Source: a virus
Virus record (IMG/VR): IMGVR_UViG_3300031183_000001
Direction: 5' to 3' (one strand)
DNA length: 38,483 nt
Shown here: positions 14,800 through 22,806 of the stretch, in pieces
Numbering within the stretch: position 1 is the first letter of the stretch
Layout of the letters: each line of letters starts with the position of its first letter
The notes under the pieces: generated by a model
What the model saw: only the letters and a program-made list of their open reading frames with translations
Database searches by the model: none
Told to the model about the DNA's origin: nothing
Translations under genes and position numbers: made by a program

Positions 14800-16155
14800 A
14801 TGACGGGCATGAACATCACGGAGATCGCCGAGACGGTCACCAACGCCGTGCGCGACCACATCCAGCCCGTCCTCATCGGCGCTGGCGCGGTCGGCACCCT
14901 GATCGGCCTCTGGACGATCTGGCGGTGGTGGACCCGCGGCGAGGCCCACACCCGCATGGGTGTCCTCGCCGTCGCCCTGGCCACCGGTATCGCCGGCGAG
15001 GGCATGTGGGAGGTCGCGCGGTACGAGCTGGAACTGCCCCCGTACCTCGCCGTCGCGTTGTTCGCGTTCCTTGAGGTCGTCATGCTCAGCCAGGGCGCGA
15101 TGGCCCGGTACAAGCTGCGCGCCGGCCAAGAGCCCGCCGCCCGCCGGCACATGGGCTTCGTGTGGGCCGCCGCGGTGGCCTCTGGCCTGATCGCGGCCAG
15201 CGCCGGCAACTCGCTGACCGAGGTGCTCCTTCGGCTGATCGCCCCACCAGTCGCGGCCGGCATCGTGTGGATGGAGCTGACCGCCGACCAGGCCGTCGAC
15301 CGGCCCCGCCAGCAGACGAGCTGGATCTGGACGCCACGCCGCATCGGCATCCACCTCGGCCTGATCCGACCAGGCGCCGAGGACCTGGTCCAGGTCGACC
15401 GCGATCGTCGCATCGACGCGATCACCGTCACCGCCCACCGGCTGCACCACGGGTCGAAGAGGCTCGCCAGGATGCGCCGGGCCCGTCTCCGCCGGCTGGC
15501 GCTCCAGGCTGATGACGCGATGGTCGCCGAGGCGCAACGCCGGGTCGCCCGCGTTCACCGCATCGAGCGCCTGACCGCCCCCGACGCCGCGCCAGTCGAC
15601 CAGGTCGACGACCGGACCCGCGCCGCGCTGGACGAGATCCGCCTCCAGACCCGGGAGACCACCCGCCAGCTCCGCGCGCAGATGCCGACGCCGGACCACG
15701 CGTGGTCCAACAACGTGGTCCGCATCCCGACCCGTCTGGTGGGTCAGGGGTGGACCGCGCCGACGGACCAGGACGTGGACCGCTGGCTGGACCAGCAGTC
15801 GGACCAGACGGTGGACCACGCTCCGGTCCAGACCGCGGACCAGGCTGCGGACCAGACCGAGGGCACCGAGTCGGACCAGACGGTGGACCAGCCGGCGCGG
15901 GTAGACCGGCAGGTCAACGGCCGGTCCAAGCGTCGGTCTACGCCGCCTGCCGACAGCACGATCCCGCCCCGCGTCCAGCAGATGGCGCGAGAGCTTCGCC
16001 GCCGCTACCGGGGCGAGATCCCGCCCCGCGCAGAGGTGATGCGGACCCTCGGCTGGACGTCGGCGGACTACGCGAGCAAGGCAATCAACCTGGTCCGCGC
16101 TGAGCGCACCCGCACGGACCAGACCGACCCCGACCCCGACCGCGCCGCGGTCTGA
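14797..16155 (+). CDS. Multi-pass membrane protein (DUF2637/Spd-like N-terminus), about 452 aa, with a DQxx tetrapeptide repeat region
   Basis: Four to five hydrophobic helices in the first ~170 aa, then an Arg-rich helical region, then the repeats. The start could be 14797, 14800 or 14809. Confidence 0.8.
   Translation: MMTGMNITEIAETVTNAVRDHIQPVLIGAGAVGTLIGLWTIWRWWTRGEAHTRMGVLAVALATGIAGEGMWEVARYELELPPYLAVALFAFLEVVMLSQGAMARYKLRAGQEPAARRHMGFVWAAAVASGLIAASAGNSLTEVLLRLIAPPVAAGIVWMELTADQAVDRPRQQTSWIWTPRRIGIHLGLIRPGAEDLVQVDRDRRIDAITVTAHRLHHGSKRLARMRRARLRRLALQADDAMVAEAQRRVARVHRIERLTAPDAAPVDQVDDRTRAALDEIRLQTRETTRQLRAQMPTPDHAWSNNVVRIPTRLVGQGWTAPTDQDVDRWLDQQSDQTVDHAPVQTADQAADQTEGTESDQTVDQPARVDRQVNGRSKRRSTPPADSTIPPRVQQMARELRRRYRGEIPPRAEVMRTLGWTSADYASKAINLVRAERTRTDQTDPDPDRAAV
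15752..15891 (+). repeat. 12-bp-phased array of GGACCAG
   Basis: Registers start at 15765, 15777, 15789 and so on up to 15885. Seven are perfect GGACCAG, three have one mismatch and one is degenerate. The exact 20-mer TCGGACCAGACGGTGGACCA occurs at 15799-15818 and 15871-15890. Confidence 0.9.
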
Positions 16156-16168
16156 AAGGAGATTCCTC

Positions 16169-16486
16169 GTGTTGACCCGAGTCCGCGCCCACATCACCCA
16201 CGCCCGCCGCGTCTGGGCCGAGCAGTCCCAGATCACCGCGGCGACGGCCACCTACTACGACGACACCGAGGCCCTGGCCACCCGGGCGGCTGCGGCTGAG
16301 CGGATCGCCACCGGCCTCGACCGGCAGGCAGCCCACCTGGCCGCCTCGTGGCTGGCCAGGGCCGTGACCGCGCTGCCGCCGTCGGACACCGTGCAGGCAA
16401 TGGCCGCCGACTGGCGGCGGCGCGCCGAGGAGATGTGGTACGACCTGGCGACCGCCCTCGACCTTGCCGAGGGTCACGGTGCGTAA
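16169..16486 (+). CDS. Hypothetical protein, 105 aa
   Basis: GTG at 16169 with AAAGGAG 7 nt upstream. Track ORF. Confidence 0.75.
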   Translation: MLTRVRAHITHARRVWAEQSQITAATATYYDDTEALATRAAAAERIATGLDRQAAHLAASWLARAVTALPPSDTVQAMAADWRRRAEEMWYDLATALDLAEGHGA

Positions 16487-16610
16487 CCTCAACCCCTTGA
16501 TCCATCAAGGGGTTGAGAAGGGGTCTACGGCGGTGAAAGCCGCCCCCGGGGCCGTCCCAGCGGCCATCAACCTCTTGACGCCTCAACCCCTTGAACAACC
16601 GTGCGTAACC
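16477..16610. repeat. Repeat cluster of CTCAACCCCTTGA(T) (two direct copies, one inverted, one degenerate) plus GTGCGTAACC x2; includes a 14-bp-stem hairpin
   Basis: Hairpin CTCAACCCCTTGAT-CC-ATCAAGGGGTTGAG at 16488-16517. CCTCAACCCCTTGA at 16581-16594. GTGCGTAACC at 16479-16488 and 16601-16610. Degenerate CATCAACCTCTTGA at 16566-16579. Confidence 0.85.
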
Positions 16611-17711
16611 GACGGGGCGAAGAAGACACCGGCGAAGCGGCGGCGGTCGCTGCTGTTGGATCCGGCCGTCATCGTCACCGGTATCACGCTGCTCCTGGTC
16701 GGCGAGCTGGTCCTGTGGGCCGCGGTCGGTTGGCTGTGGTGGGCCGTCATCAACATGGGGATCGCGTTGGTCGTAGCCGCCGGGGTTCTGGCGTGGCGAC
16801 GACGCACCCCTGGATGGCTCGACAGGCTGCTCGGCGGCCGTAGCCGGCCCGGTCGCACGTCGACGACGACAACGCGGACCACCACACGGGGGGCTGGTGT
16901 TCCAGGGCGGGGTGTCCTCAGCCGGCTGCTGCCCGGCCGCGGCCGGGGCACTGCCAGCCCGAGTGGTGGTGGCCGCGGCGGTGGCCGGCCGAGGGGTGTC
17001 CTGGGCGGCCTGCTCCCCGGTGGTGGCGGCCGGTCCGCCGGGCGGCCTGCTGGTGGCCGGTCGTCGACGGGCCGGCCCGGCCGCAGCCCCGGCGGCGGGT
17101 GGTGGCCGTTCGCCGGCGGCGGCCGGGGCAAGAGCAGCAGCCCGAGGAACCCGAAGAAGGGGAACGGGAACGGCAAGAAGAGCAACGGCAGCAGCGTCCT
17201 GGGCGACATCGTGCACGGGCTGACCACCCCGGCACCAGGACGCAAGCCGTCACCAGGACCAGCCGCGACGGCGGCCAAGAAGGAGACCGAACGGAAGGAG
17301 AGCGAGCCGATGACGGTGCGACACGACGACGACGCCAGCCTCCAGCGATGGGGCCGCAACCTCAAGACGATCAGCCCGGCCATCGAGGAGTTGCTCCAAG
17401 CGGCCCGGCAGCAAGACGAGCTGGCCGAAGCGATCGCCTCCGGCGTCTCCAAGCTGGCCGTACAGGGCGAGTCGGAGCTGCCCGCGGACCGGGCACTCGT
17501 CGCCGAGGCCGAGGCCATCGCCGCCGAGCTCCGCGAGCTGATGACCGACGACAGGGCCGGCAGGCTGGCTCGGCTCAGGGACCGCGCGGACGAGCTGGCG
17601 CGGTCATACGGACGCCTGCACGAGGTCGACGAGGCGCGGCTCGCCGGCGAGCGCGGCGGCCGCGCCCGGGAGAAGCGGGCGGACGTGGCCGCCGCCGAGA
17701 GCGACACCTGA
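16533..17711 (+). CDS. Membrane protein, about 392 aa: two TM helices, a long Gly/Arg-rich low-complexity tract, and a C-terminal coiled coil
   Basis: Track ORF 16464..17711. GTG at 16533 is chosen because it follows the stop and hairpin of the previous gene. TM region reads VIVTGITLLLVGELVLWAAVGWLWWAVINMGIALVVAAGVLAW. Confidence 0.7.
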   Translation: MKAAPGAVPAAINLLTPQPLEQPCVTDGAKKTPAKRRRSLLLDPAVIVTGITLLLVGELVLWAAVGWLWWAVINMGIALVVAAGVLAWRRRTPGWLDRLLGGRSRPGRTSTTTTRTTTRGAGVPGRGVLSRLLPGRGRGTASPSGGGRGGGRPRGVLGGLLPGGGGRSAGRPAGGRSSTGRPGRSPGGGWWPFAGGGRGKSSSPRNPKKGNGNGKKSNGSSVLGDIVHGLTTPAPGRKPSPGPAATAAKKETERKESEPMTVRHDDDASLQRWGRNLKTISPAIEELLQAARQQDELAEAIASGVSKLAVQGESELPADRALVAEAEAIAAELRELMTDDRAGRLARLRDRADELARSYGRLHEVDEARLAGERGGRAREKRADVAAAESDT

Positions 17712-17750
17712 CAGCAACGGAACACCACAGACACGACGAGGGGAGACATC

Positions 17751-19823
17751 ATGGGCGGGGCGCGATGGGTACCCGCATGGCTGCTGGTCATGGCCGGCAT
17801 GGTCGTCCTGCTACGCAGCGACGTACCCCTGGAGTGGTGGTTGCCGCTTGGCGTGGCCGCCGTCGCTGCAGTGGTGACACTGATCATCACCTTGGTCCTC
17901 GAACAGCAGAGAGCGCTGGTCCACCGCCTCGTCGCCGTCGTGGGTGCCGGTGTGTGGACGGCGTGGGTGGCCCGGTCCGGGCCGTCCACCCTGCTGGTGC
18001 TGGCCGCGCTCGGCGGCGGCGCGATCGTCGCCGCCCTGGAGGTCGCCGCCGCCCGGGGCCGACCCACGGTGCTGTGGGTCGGCCCCGCCCCGGCCGACGT
18101 CGACCGCCGGCCGGGGCGAGTCCAGGAATGGGAAGCCCTACTGCGGCGGGTCGTCGTCAAGAAGGGCAGCGAGGGCGCATCGGCCCAGATCCGGGTCACC
18201 GAGGTGACCCCGTGGCCGGACCGCACCGCCGGCGAACAGGTACACGTCGAGCTGCCCGAGGGCATGACCGTCAAGGACCTGGCCGCGTACGCGGACCGCA
18301 TCGCCGCCGCCCGCCGGCTGCCGGCCGGATGCGTCGTCCGCACCCTCGACGGCCCCCACCAAGGCGCCGCGGTCCTCGACGTCATGCTGCGCGACGGCCT
18401 CGCCGGCGACGGCCGGACGATCACCGAACCGACCACACCGGCCTCGATCTACGACCCGATCGACGTCGCGTACACCGCCCGCGGCGAGGCCCTATCCGTG
18501 TCACTGCGGGAGCAGAGCATGATCGTCGGCGGCACCACCGGCAGCGGCAAGACCACCTTGCTGCACCGGCTGATCATGCACCTCGCCCGGTGCACCGACA
18601 CGCTGATCTGGGTGGTCGACCCCAACGGCGGCGGGGTGGCCGCGCCGTGGATCGGCCCGTGGGCACGCGGTGAGGCGCCGGCGCCCACGGTGGATTGGGT
18701 GGCCGAGGACCCGTACGAGGCGGCCGTGCTGGTCGCGGTCGCGGCCGCGATCGTCAAGGACAGGAAGACATCCCAGGAGGCGCTCAGGAGGAAGCGGCAG
18801 GCGAACTCGCACATCTTGCCGGTGGACCGGGACCTGCCACTGATCATGGTGATTACCGACGAGGGCGGAGAGCTGCGGCAGATGGCCGGCCTGCTCGCCA
18901 CCCTCGTGGACGAGGGGATCGCCCGGCTCGCCCAGATCGGCCGCGCCGAAGGCGGACGCGTCATCATGTCTGTCCTCCGCGGTACCGCCGACCTGCTCGG
19001 CAAGGGGCTCAGGTCCGTCGCCGGCGTCCGGGTCTGTCTGAGGATGAACGAGGAAGACGAGTGCGACTACATCCTGGGCGTCAACCCCGGCCGTGCCCGC
19101 CTGCTGCACCGGGGCAGCGCCTACGTCTACCGCACCGACACCGACTACCGCCCCGTCCTCGGCCGCACCCTCAACGTCGACCTGGCTGCCATCGAACAGC
19201 ACGCGGTCGCGACCGCGCACCTGCGGCCGACTCTGGACGACCGCGCTCGCCGGGTCGCCGCCCGGCTCACCGTCCAGGACGTCCTCGATGGCCGTGACCC
19301 GATGCAGCACCTGGAGATTGCCCGGCACCCGGTGATGCGGGACGTGGCGGCCGGCCGCGCGTACGAGGGCCGCTGGGAACGCAAGGCACGCATGCTCGCC
19401 GAGCTGCGCGGCGAAGAAGAGCCGCCCGAGGAGGAGCCGGCGCCTCGACGGGTGCTGTCGGACCGGCCCACGGTGGCCGCCCCGGGCAGCGCGGCGGAGC
19501 GGCTGTTGCTGGCTACGGGCGTCCGTGTCGACACTCCGGCGGCTGTCGCCGTCGAGACGGACGCCCGGCCACGGCTGCGGCTGGTCCCCGACACCGGCGA
19601 AGCCGAGGAGCCGACGCGGCCGTCGACGGCCCGCGAAGCTATCCTCGCGGTCCTGAACGACGCGCGGCCGGACCCACTGAGGGCTGCCGAGGTCCACGCC
19701 CGGGTGGCCGCGGACTACGGCATCGAGGTGACCCCACAGCGGGTCCACCAGGTCCTGGCCGCGCTCGTCAAGGCGGGCGATGTGCGGCAGGCCGGCGGCG
19801 GCCGGTACGAGATGGCCAGCTAA
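17751..19823 (+). CDS. FtsK/SpoIIIE-family DNA translocase with TraB-like architecture, 690 aa
   Basis: About four N-terminal TM helices. Walker A GGTTGSGKTT (around 18531-18554) and Walker B LPLIMVITDEGGE. The C-terminal ~70 aa look like a winged helix (REAILAVLNDARPDPLRAAEVHARVAADYGIEVTPQRVHQVLAALVKAGDV). ATG at 17751 with GAGGGGAG upstream. Confidence 0.92.
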   Translation: MGGARWVPAWLLVMAGMVVLLRSDVPLEWWLPLGVAAVAAVVTLIITLVLEQQRALVHRLVAVVGAGVWTAWVARSGPSTLLVLAALGGGAIVAALEVAAARGRPTVLWVGPAPADVDRRPGRVQEWEALLRRVVVKKGSEGASAQIRVTEVTPWPDRTAGEQVHVELPEGMTVKDLAAYADRIAAARRLPAGCVVRTLDGPHQGAAVLDVMLRDGLAGDGRTITEPTTPASIYDPIDVAYTARGEALSVSLREQSMIVGGTTGSGKTTLLHRLIMHLARCTDTLIWVVDPNGGGVAAPWIGPWARGEAPAPTVDWVAEDPYEAAVLVAVAAAIVKDRKTSQEALRRKRQANSHILPVDRDLPLIMVITDEGGELRQMAGLLATLVDEGIARLAQIGRAEGGRVIMSVLRGTADLLGKGLRSVAGVRVCLRMNEEDECDYILGVNPGRARLLHRGSAYVYRTDTDYRPVLGRTLNVDLAAIEQHAVATAHLRPTLDDRARRVAARLTVQDVLDGRDPMQHLEIARHPVMRDVAAGRAYEGRWERKARMLAELRGEEEPPEEEPAPRRVLSDRPTVAAPGSAAERLLLATGVRVDTPAAVAVETDARPRLRLVPDTGEAEEPTRPSTAREAILAVLNDARPDPLRAAEVHARVAADYGIEVTPQRVHQVLAALVKAGDVRQAGGGRYEMAS

Positions 19824-19842
19824 CCGGCCCGTAGACACTGAA

Positions 19843-19867
19843 GGGCCCCCGCCAGTGGCGGGGGCCC
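19843..19867. terminator. Hairpin terminator between convergent genes
   Basis: GGGCCCCCGCC-AGT-GGCGGGGGCCC followed by GTGTGTTGG. Confidence 0.7.
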
Positions 19868-19876
19868 GTGTGTTGG

Positions 19877-20116
19877 TCAGGAAGCGGCGAGGAGGCGGGC
19901 GATCGCGGATCCAGGCGGCGGCGCCACCGGCTGCCGACCCGGGCTACCGGCGGCGGGCAGCGTGCCGGACCGGAGCGCCCGGATCCGCTGTCCCTCGGCG
20001 ATCGCGGCCCGGATCGAGGCGAGCAGCTCGTCGGGGTCGGCTCCGGCGGCGACCGCCTCGATCGTGGCGTCGGCGGCCCGGCGGGCCAGCCGCGCAGCGT
20101 CGGTCTCGTGTGCCAT
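19877..20116 (-). CDS. Hypothetical protein, 79 aa
   Basis: ATG at 20116 within track ORF 19877..20134. Confidence 0.6.
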   Translation of the reverse strand: MAHETDAARLARRAADATIEAVAAGADPDELLASIRAAIAEGQRIRALRSGTLPAAGSPGRQPVAPPPGSAIARLLAAS

Positions 20117-20144
20117 ACCCCCACGATCCCACACCGCACGAAGA

Positions 20145-20176
20145 AGCGGCCCCCACCCGGTTGGGTGGGGGCCGCT
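20145..20176. terminator. 14-bp-stem hairpin
   Basis: AGCGGCCCCCACCC-GGTT-GGGTGGGGGCCGCT. Confidence 0.6.
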
Positions 20177-20239
20177 CTCACGTTGGTCGACATCCCTCCG
20201 ACTGCCGCGTCCGACAGCCGGCGATGCCGCACCGGCATC

Positions 20240-20407
20240 CTACAGCTCCGAGCCGTCGTCGTCGTCGGGGTACACCTCCAACACCGCGGTACCGCCGCCG
20301 ATCGCATACCGGCCCGGCGCCAACGGCTGGTCGCCGACGTACAGACGGCCGTCAACGTCGAAATAGACGGTGCCGTTGCCCAGGGATAGCGGTTCCTCCA
20401 TGTTCAT
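20240..20407 (-). CDS. Micro-protein, 55 aa (MNMEEPLSLGNGTVYFDVDGRLYVGDQPLAPGRYAIGGGTAVLEVYPDDDDGSEL)
   Basis: Below the track cutoff. Third codon positions are G/C-rich and the composition is natural. No clear RBS. Confidence 0.45.
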   Translation of the reverse strand: MNMEEPLSLGNGTVYFDVDGRLYVGDQPLAPGRYAIGGGTAVLEVYPDDDDGSEL

Positions 20408-20417
20408 ACCAGGCAGG

Positions 20418-20660
20418 CTACGGCCGCCGCCCGGCCTGGAGCGCGACCGCCGACGGCGAGTCGGGCTCGCCGACGCCAGACGTGACGATCGAGGTCAGCA
20501 GCGACAGCACGGCCGCGCCGACCGCGATCCCGCCAGCAGCCAGCCAGTCAGCCGACCACGCACTGACGAGCACGTCGCCGCCGAGGTAGAGCAGGACCGC
20601 CTGAGCGGCCGACTTAGCCGCCCGCTCGAACGCTTGCCGCCAGAACGATCTACTGAACAT
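20418..20660 (-). CDS. Holin (actinophage r1t-like holin pattern), 80 aa
   Basis: ATG at 20660 with GGGGAGG upstream. Contains FWRQAFERAAKSAAQAVLLYL and a second TM helix. Lies downstream of the endolysin. Confidence 0.75.
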   Translation of the reverse strand: MFSRSFWRQAFERAAKSAAQAVLLYLGGDVLVSAWSADWLAAGGIAVGAAVLSLLTSIVTSGVGEPDSPSAVALQAGRRP

Positions 20661-20934
20661 GGTAGACCTCCCCGCCGTCGTCATCCGACGGCCGCTCGGA
20701 TGATCGCGGTGCCGACTGCACTGGCAGCCCCGATGAGACCGGCGGCTGCGACGATCCACTGGCCGCGATACCGGCCAGGGCGCGCAACAGCGCCGGCTCC
20801 GCCATCAGCGCCGCGCTGATCAGCAGCGGCTCCCACCCCGCCCGTGACCATAGGGCGTAGCCGAATCCGGCCACGCCCACGCTCAGGCACACGATGTCCC
20901 GCACCAGCGGCGGGACGCCCGACTGTCGCCTCAC
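20650..20934 (-). CDS. Membrane protein, 94 aa, two TM helices (possible second holin or lysis accessory protein)
   Basis: Track ORF. GTG at 20934. Very high G+C at third codon positions in this frame. Confidence 0.6.
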   Translation of the reverse strand: MRRQSGVPPLVRDIVCLSVGVAGFGYALWSRAGWEPLLISAALMAEPALLRALAGIAASGSSQPPVSSGLPVQSAPRSSERPSDDDGGEVYHVQ

Positions 20935-21043
20935 TCGCCACGCTCGCCCCCCGGTGGTGTGCCCGTCGCCACCGACAACAACTGCTCTTCACGCACCATC
21001 GCCATCGCCCGCCCGGCGACCGCGGCACCGATCCGATCCACGG

Positions 21044-21973
21044 CTACCCCTGCCCGGTCGCCGCGGCGAGACGTGCCGCCAGCTCGCCCGCGCGGTCGCC
21101 GAACGCCGCCCGCAGCGCGGCCACCGCGTCGTCCAGGTCCTTCGTGCCGAGCCCGGCCAGCACCCCGTCGACGATCTCCTGCTCGTTGACCCAGTCCCTG
21201 CCGAGCATCGCCGCCTGGTTGGCCCGGATCTCGGTCAGCAGGGCGAGGATCTGCGGGATGTCCCGGTTGTGGATCAGGTGCGCCTGGTGCCAGGTGTACT
21301 CGGTCAGCAGCCGGGTGCTCGGCGCCGCCGAGCCGAGCCGCGCCACCTCCGCCGCGTACCTGCCGACCGCCTCCGACATCATGTCCTGTCCGCGTCGGAG
21401 TCCGGTCACCACGTCCTCTGCGCTCACGTCGTCCATCCCTCCTGCCAGCAGCGCGTCGACGTCGCGCCGGAATCGGTTCATGTCGAAGCTGGGATCGGTC
21501 TTGACGCTGGAGTGGCCGTAGCCGCCGGGCTGGTGCTCCTTGTGCCCGGCGACGCCCCAGCCGGTGCGGCGGCGGATCGCCGCCACACCGCGCACGTACG
21601 ACTTGTACTGCCGGTCGGTCCACGGCTCCCCGGCCGCGTGCTGGGCCTCGATGCCGAGCAGGCCCGAGTTCCCGACGCCCTTGAACGGGCCAGCCCAGCC
21701 CACCTTGACGTGGTTGCACCGGCCGGAAGCGATCACGTGCCAGTCCCCGGTGCGGGACAGATAGAGCTGCGCGATCGGGGGCGGCGCGGTGGGGGACCCG
21801 TTCAACAGGACGGAGATCTCACCGGCGTCGGTGGACGTACGGGAGCCGCGGGTCTCGTGGACGACGATCCCGCGCGGCGACCAGTCGTCCGCCCCGCGGC
21901 CACGCCAGCCGTCGACCTCGTGGACGGTGAGCCCGGCGGCGCGGAGTACGTCGGGCAGCCAGAGCAGCCGCAT
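21044..21973 (-). CDS. Endolysin: N-acetylmuramoyl-L-alanine amidase (PGRP/amidase_2-like) N-terminal domain plus an uncharacterised C-terminal domain, 309 aa
   Basis: ATG at 21973 with GAGGAGGG upstream. Contains GIVVHET..., GIEAQHAAGEPWT and VAGHKEH. Confidence 0.85.
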   Translation of the reverse strand: MRLLWLPDVLRAAGLTVHEVDGWRGRGADDWSPRGIVVHETRGSRTSTDAGEISVLLNGSPTAPPPIAQLYLSRTGDWHVIASGRCNHVKVGWAGPFKGVGNSGLLGIEAQHAAGEPWTDRQYKSYVRGVAAIRRRTGWGVAGHKEHQPGGYGHSSVKTDPSFDMNRFRRDVDALLAGGMDDVSAEDVVTGLRRGQDMMSEAVGRYAAEVARLGSAAPSTRLLTEYTWHQAHLIHNRDIPQILALLTEIRANQAAMLGRDWVNEQEIVDGVLAGLGTKDLDDAVAALRAAFGDRAGELAARLAAATGQG

Positions 21974-21986
21974 CAGGCCACCCTCC

Positions 21987-22241
21987 TCAGTCCTCGCCGC
22001 CCAGCGGCTGGTGCATGATCGCCACCGCGAGCATGTCCGGATGGATCGGCGCCGACAGAGTCGCCACGTCCCACCACTCCTCCCACCAGTTATCCGGGCA
22101 GCCCACCTCGGCACGCGCCTCGTCCAGGTACAGCGCCACGAGCTGACCCGGATCCTCGTGCGGACCCATCAGCCACAGATGGATGACACACTCCGGAGGC
22201 GGGGTCATGATCCGCAGGTACCAGGTGGTCGGGGTCGTCAT
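21987..22241 (-). CDS. Hypothetical protein, 84 aa
   Basis: Track ORF. ATGA overlap with the upstream gene. Confidence 0.7.
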   Translation of the reverse strand: MTTPTTWYLRIMTPPPECVIHLWLMGPHEDPGQLVALYLDEARAEVGCPDNWWEEWWDVATLSAPIHPDMLAVAIMHQPLGGED

Positions 22242-22795
22242 GATCCGGCCCCCAGGCGCTCCCAGGACACCGACATGGTCGGCTGGGTCCAGGTCGCGTT
22301 GACCACCGTCGCCAGCGTGCCGCCGGAGTCCTGGTAGGCCTGCAGCTCCACGTAGTCGCCCTCACCCAGGTAGATCAGCGTGTTGGGCGCCTGCACCGCG
22401 ACGACCGCGTTGACCCCGGCCGACTGGTACCTCTCCACGACGATCGATCCGTTTCGCAGCCACCGGGCGCCGCGACGTCCGGTCGCGTTGGCCGCGAAGC
22501 CCACGATCCCGGACACCCGATACCAGCCCGGGTAGCGGGCCGTGTACCGGGTGGTGTTGGTGTCGGTGGAGTGGCCGCCGACACCGTCCGGGTCATCGTC
22601 AAGATCCTCGGCCTGCCATGCGATCGCGGTCCAGGATCCGCTGGTGAGCGCCTGCGCGACCGTCGACCGCAGCACGGCCGCCGGCCGACGTACGAGGAAG
22701 TGGAGCGGGTCCCTGAGGTACGCGTGGAGGTTGGTTGAGTCGAGCGCGTCGACCCCGTCCTGCCAGGACGGCTTGGTCTGGGGTACGGCAGGCAC
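22238..22795 (-). CDS. Putative tail fibre / receptor-binding protein, 185 aa
   Basis: GTG at 22795 with GAGGAGGG upstream. Last gene of the tail block. Sequence looks beta-rich. Confidence 0.7.
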   Translation of the reverse strand: MPAVPQTKPSWQDGVDALDSTNLHAYLRDPLHFLVRRPAAVLRSTVAQALTSGSWTAIAWQAEDLDDDPDGVGGHSTDTNTTRYTARYPGWYRVSGIVGFAANATGRRGARWLRNGSIVVERYQSAGVNAVVAVQAPNTLIYLGEGDYVELQAYQDSGGTLATVVNATWTQPTMSVSWERLGAGS

Positions 22796-22806
22796 AGTCC
22801 CTCCTC

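Noticed and set aside
15752-15891. A CRISPR-like array, suggested by the regular short repeats.
   Set aside because: The period is only 12 bp with no spacers, it lies in frame inside a long ORF, and no cas genes or leader are present.
16830-17230. The Gly/Arg-rich segment of the 16533..17711 ORF as non-coding, or as a frameshifted join of two genes.
   Set aside because: The frame stays open across it and links a clear 2-TM N-terminus to a clear coiled-coil C-terminus. No better alternative frame exists. It is kept as one ORF, with uncertainty noted on the start.
20681-21719. Track ORFs 20681..21028(-) and 20931..21719(-) in the lysis region.
   Set aside because: They are out of frame with the endolysin and the 94-aa membrane protein, which show high third-position G+C and recognisable features. 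Their translations are Arg/Gly-rich.
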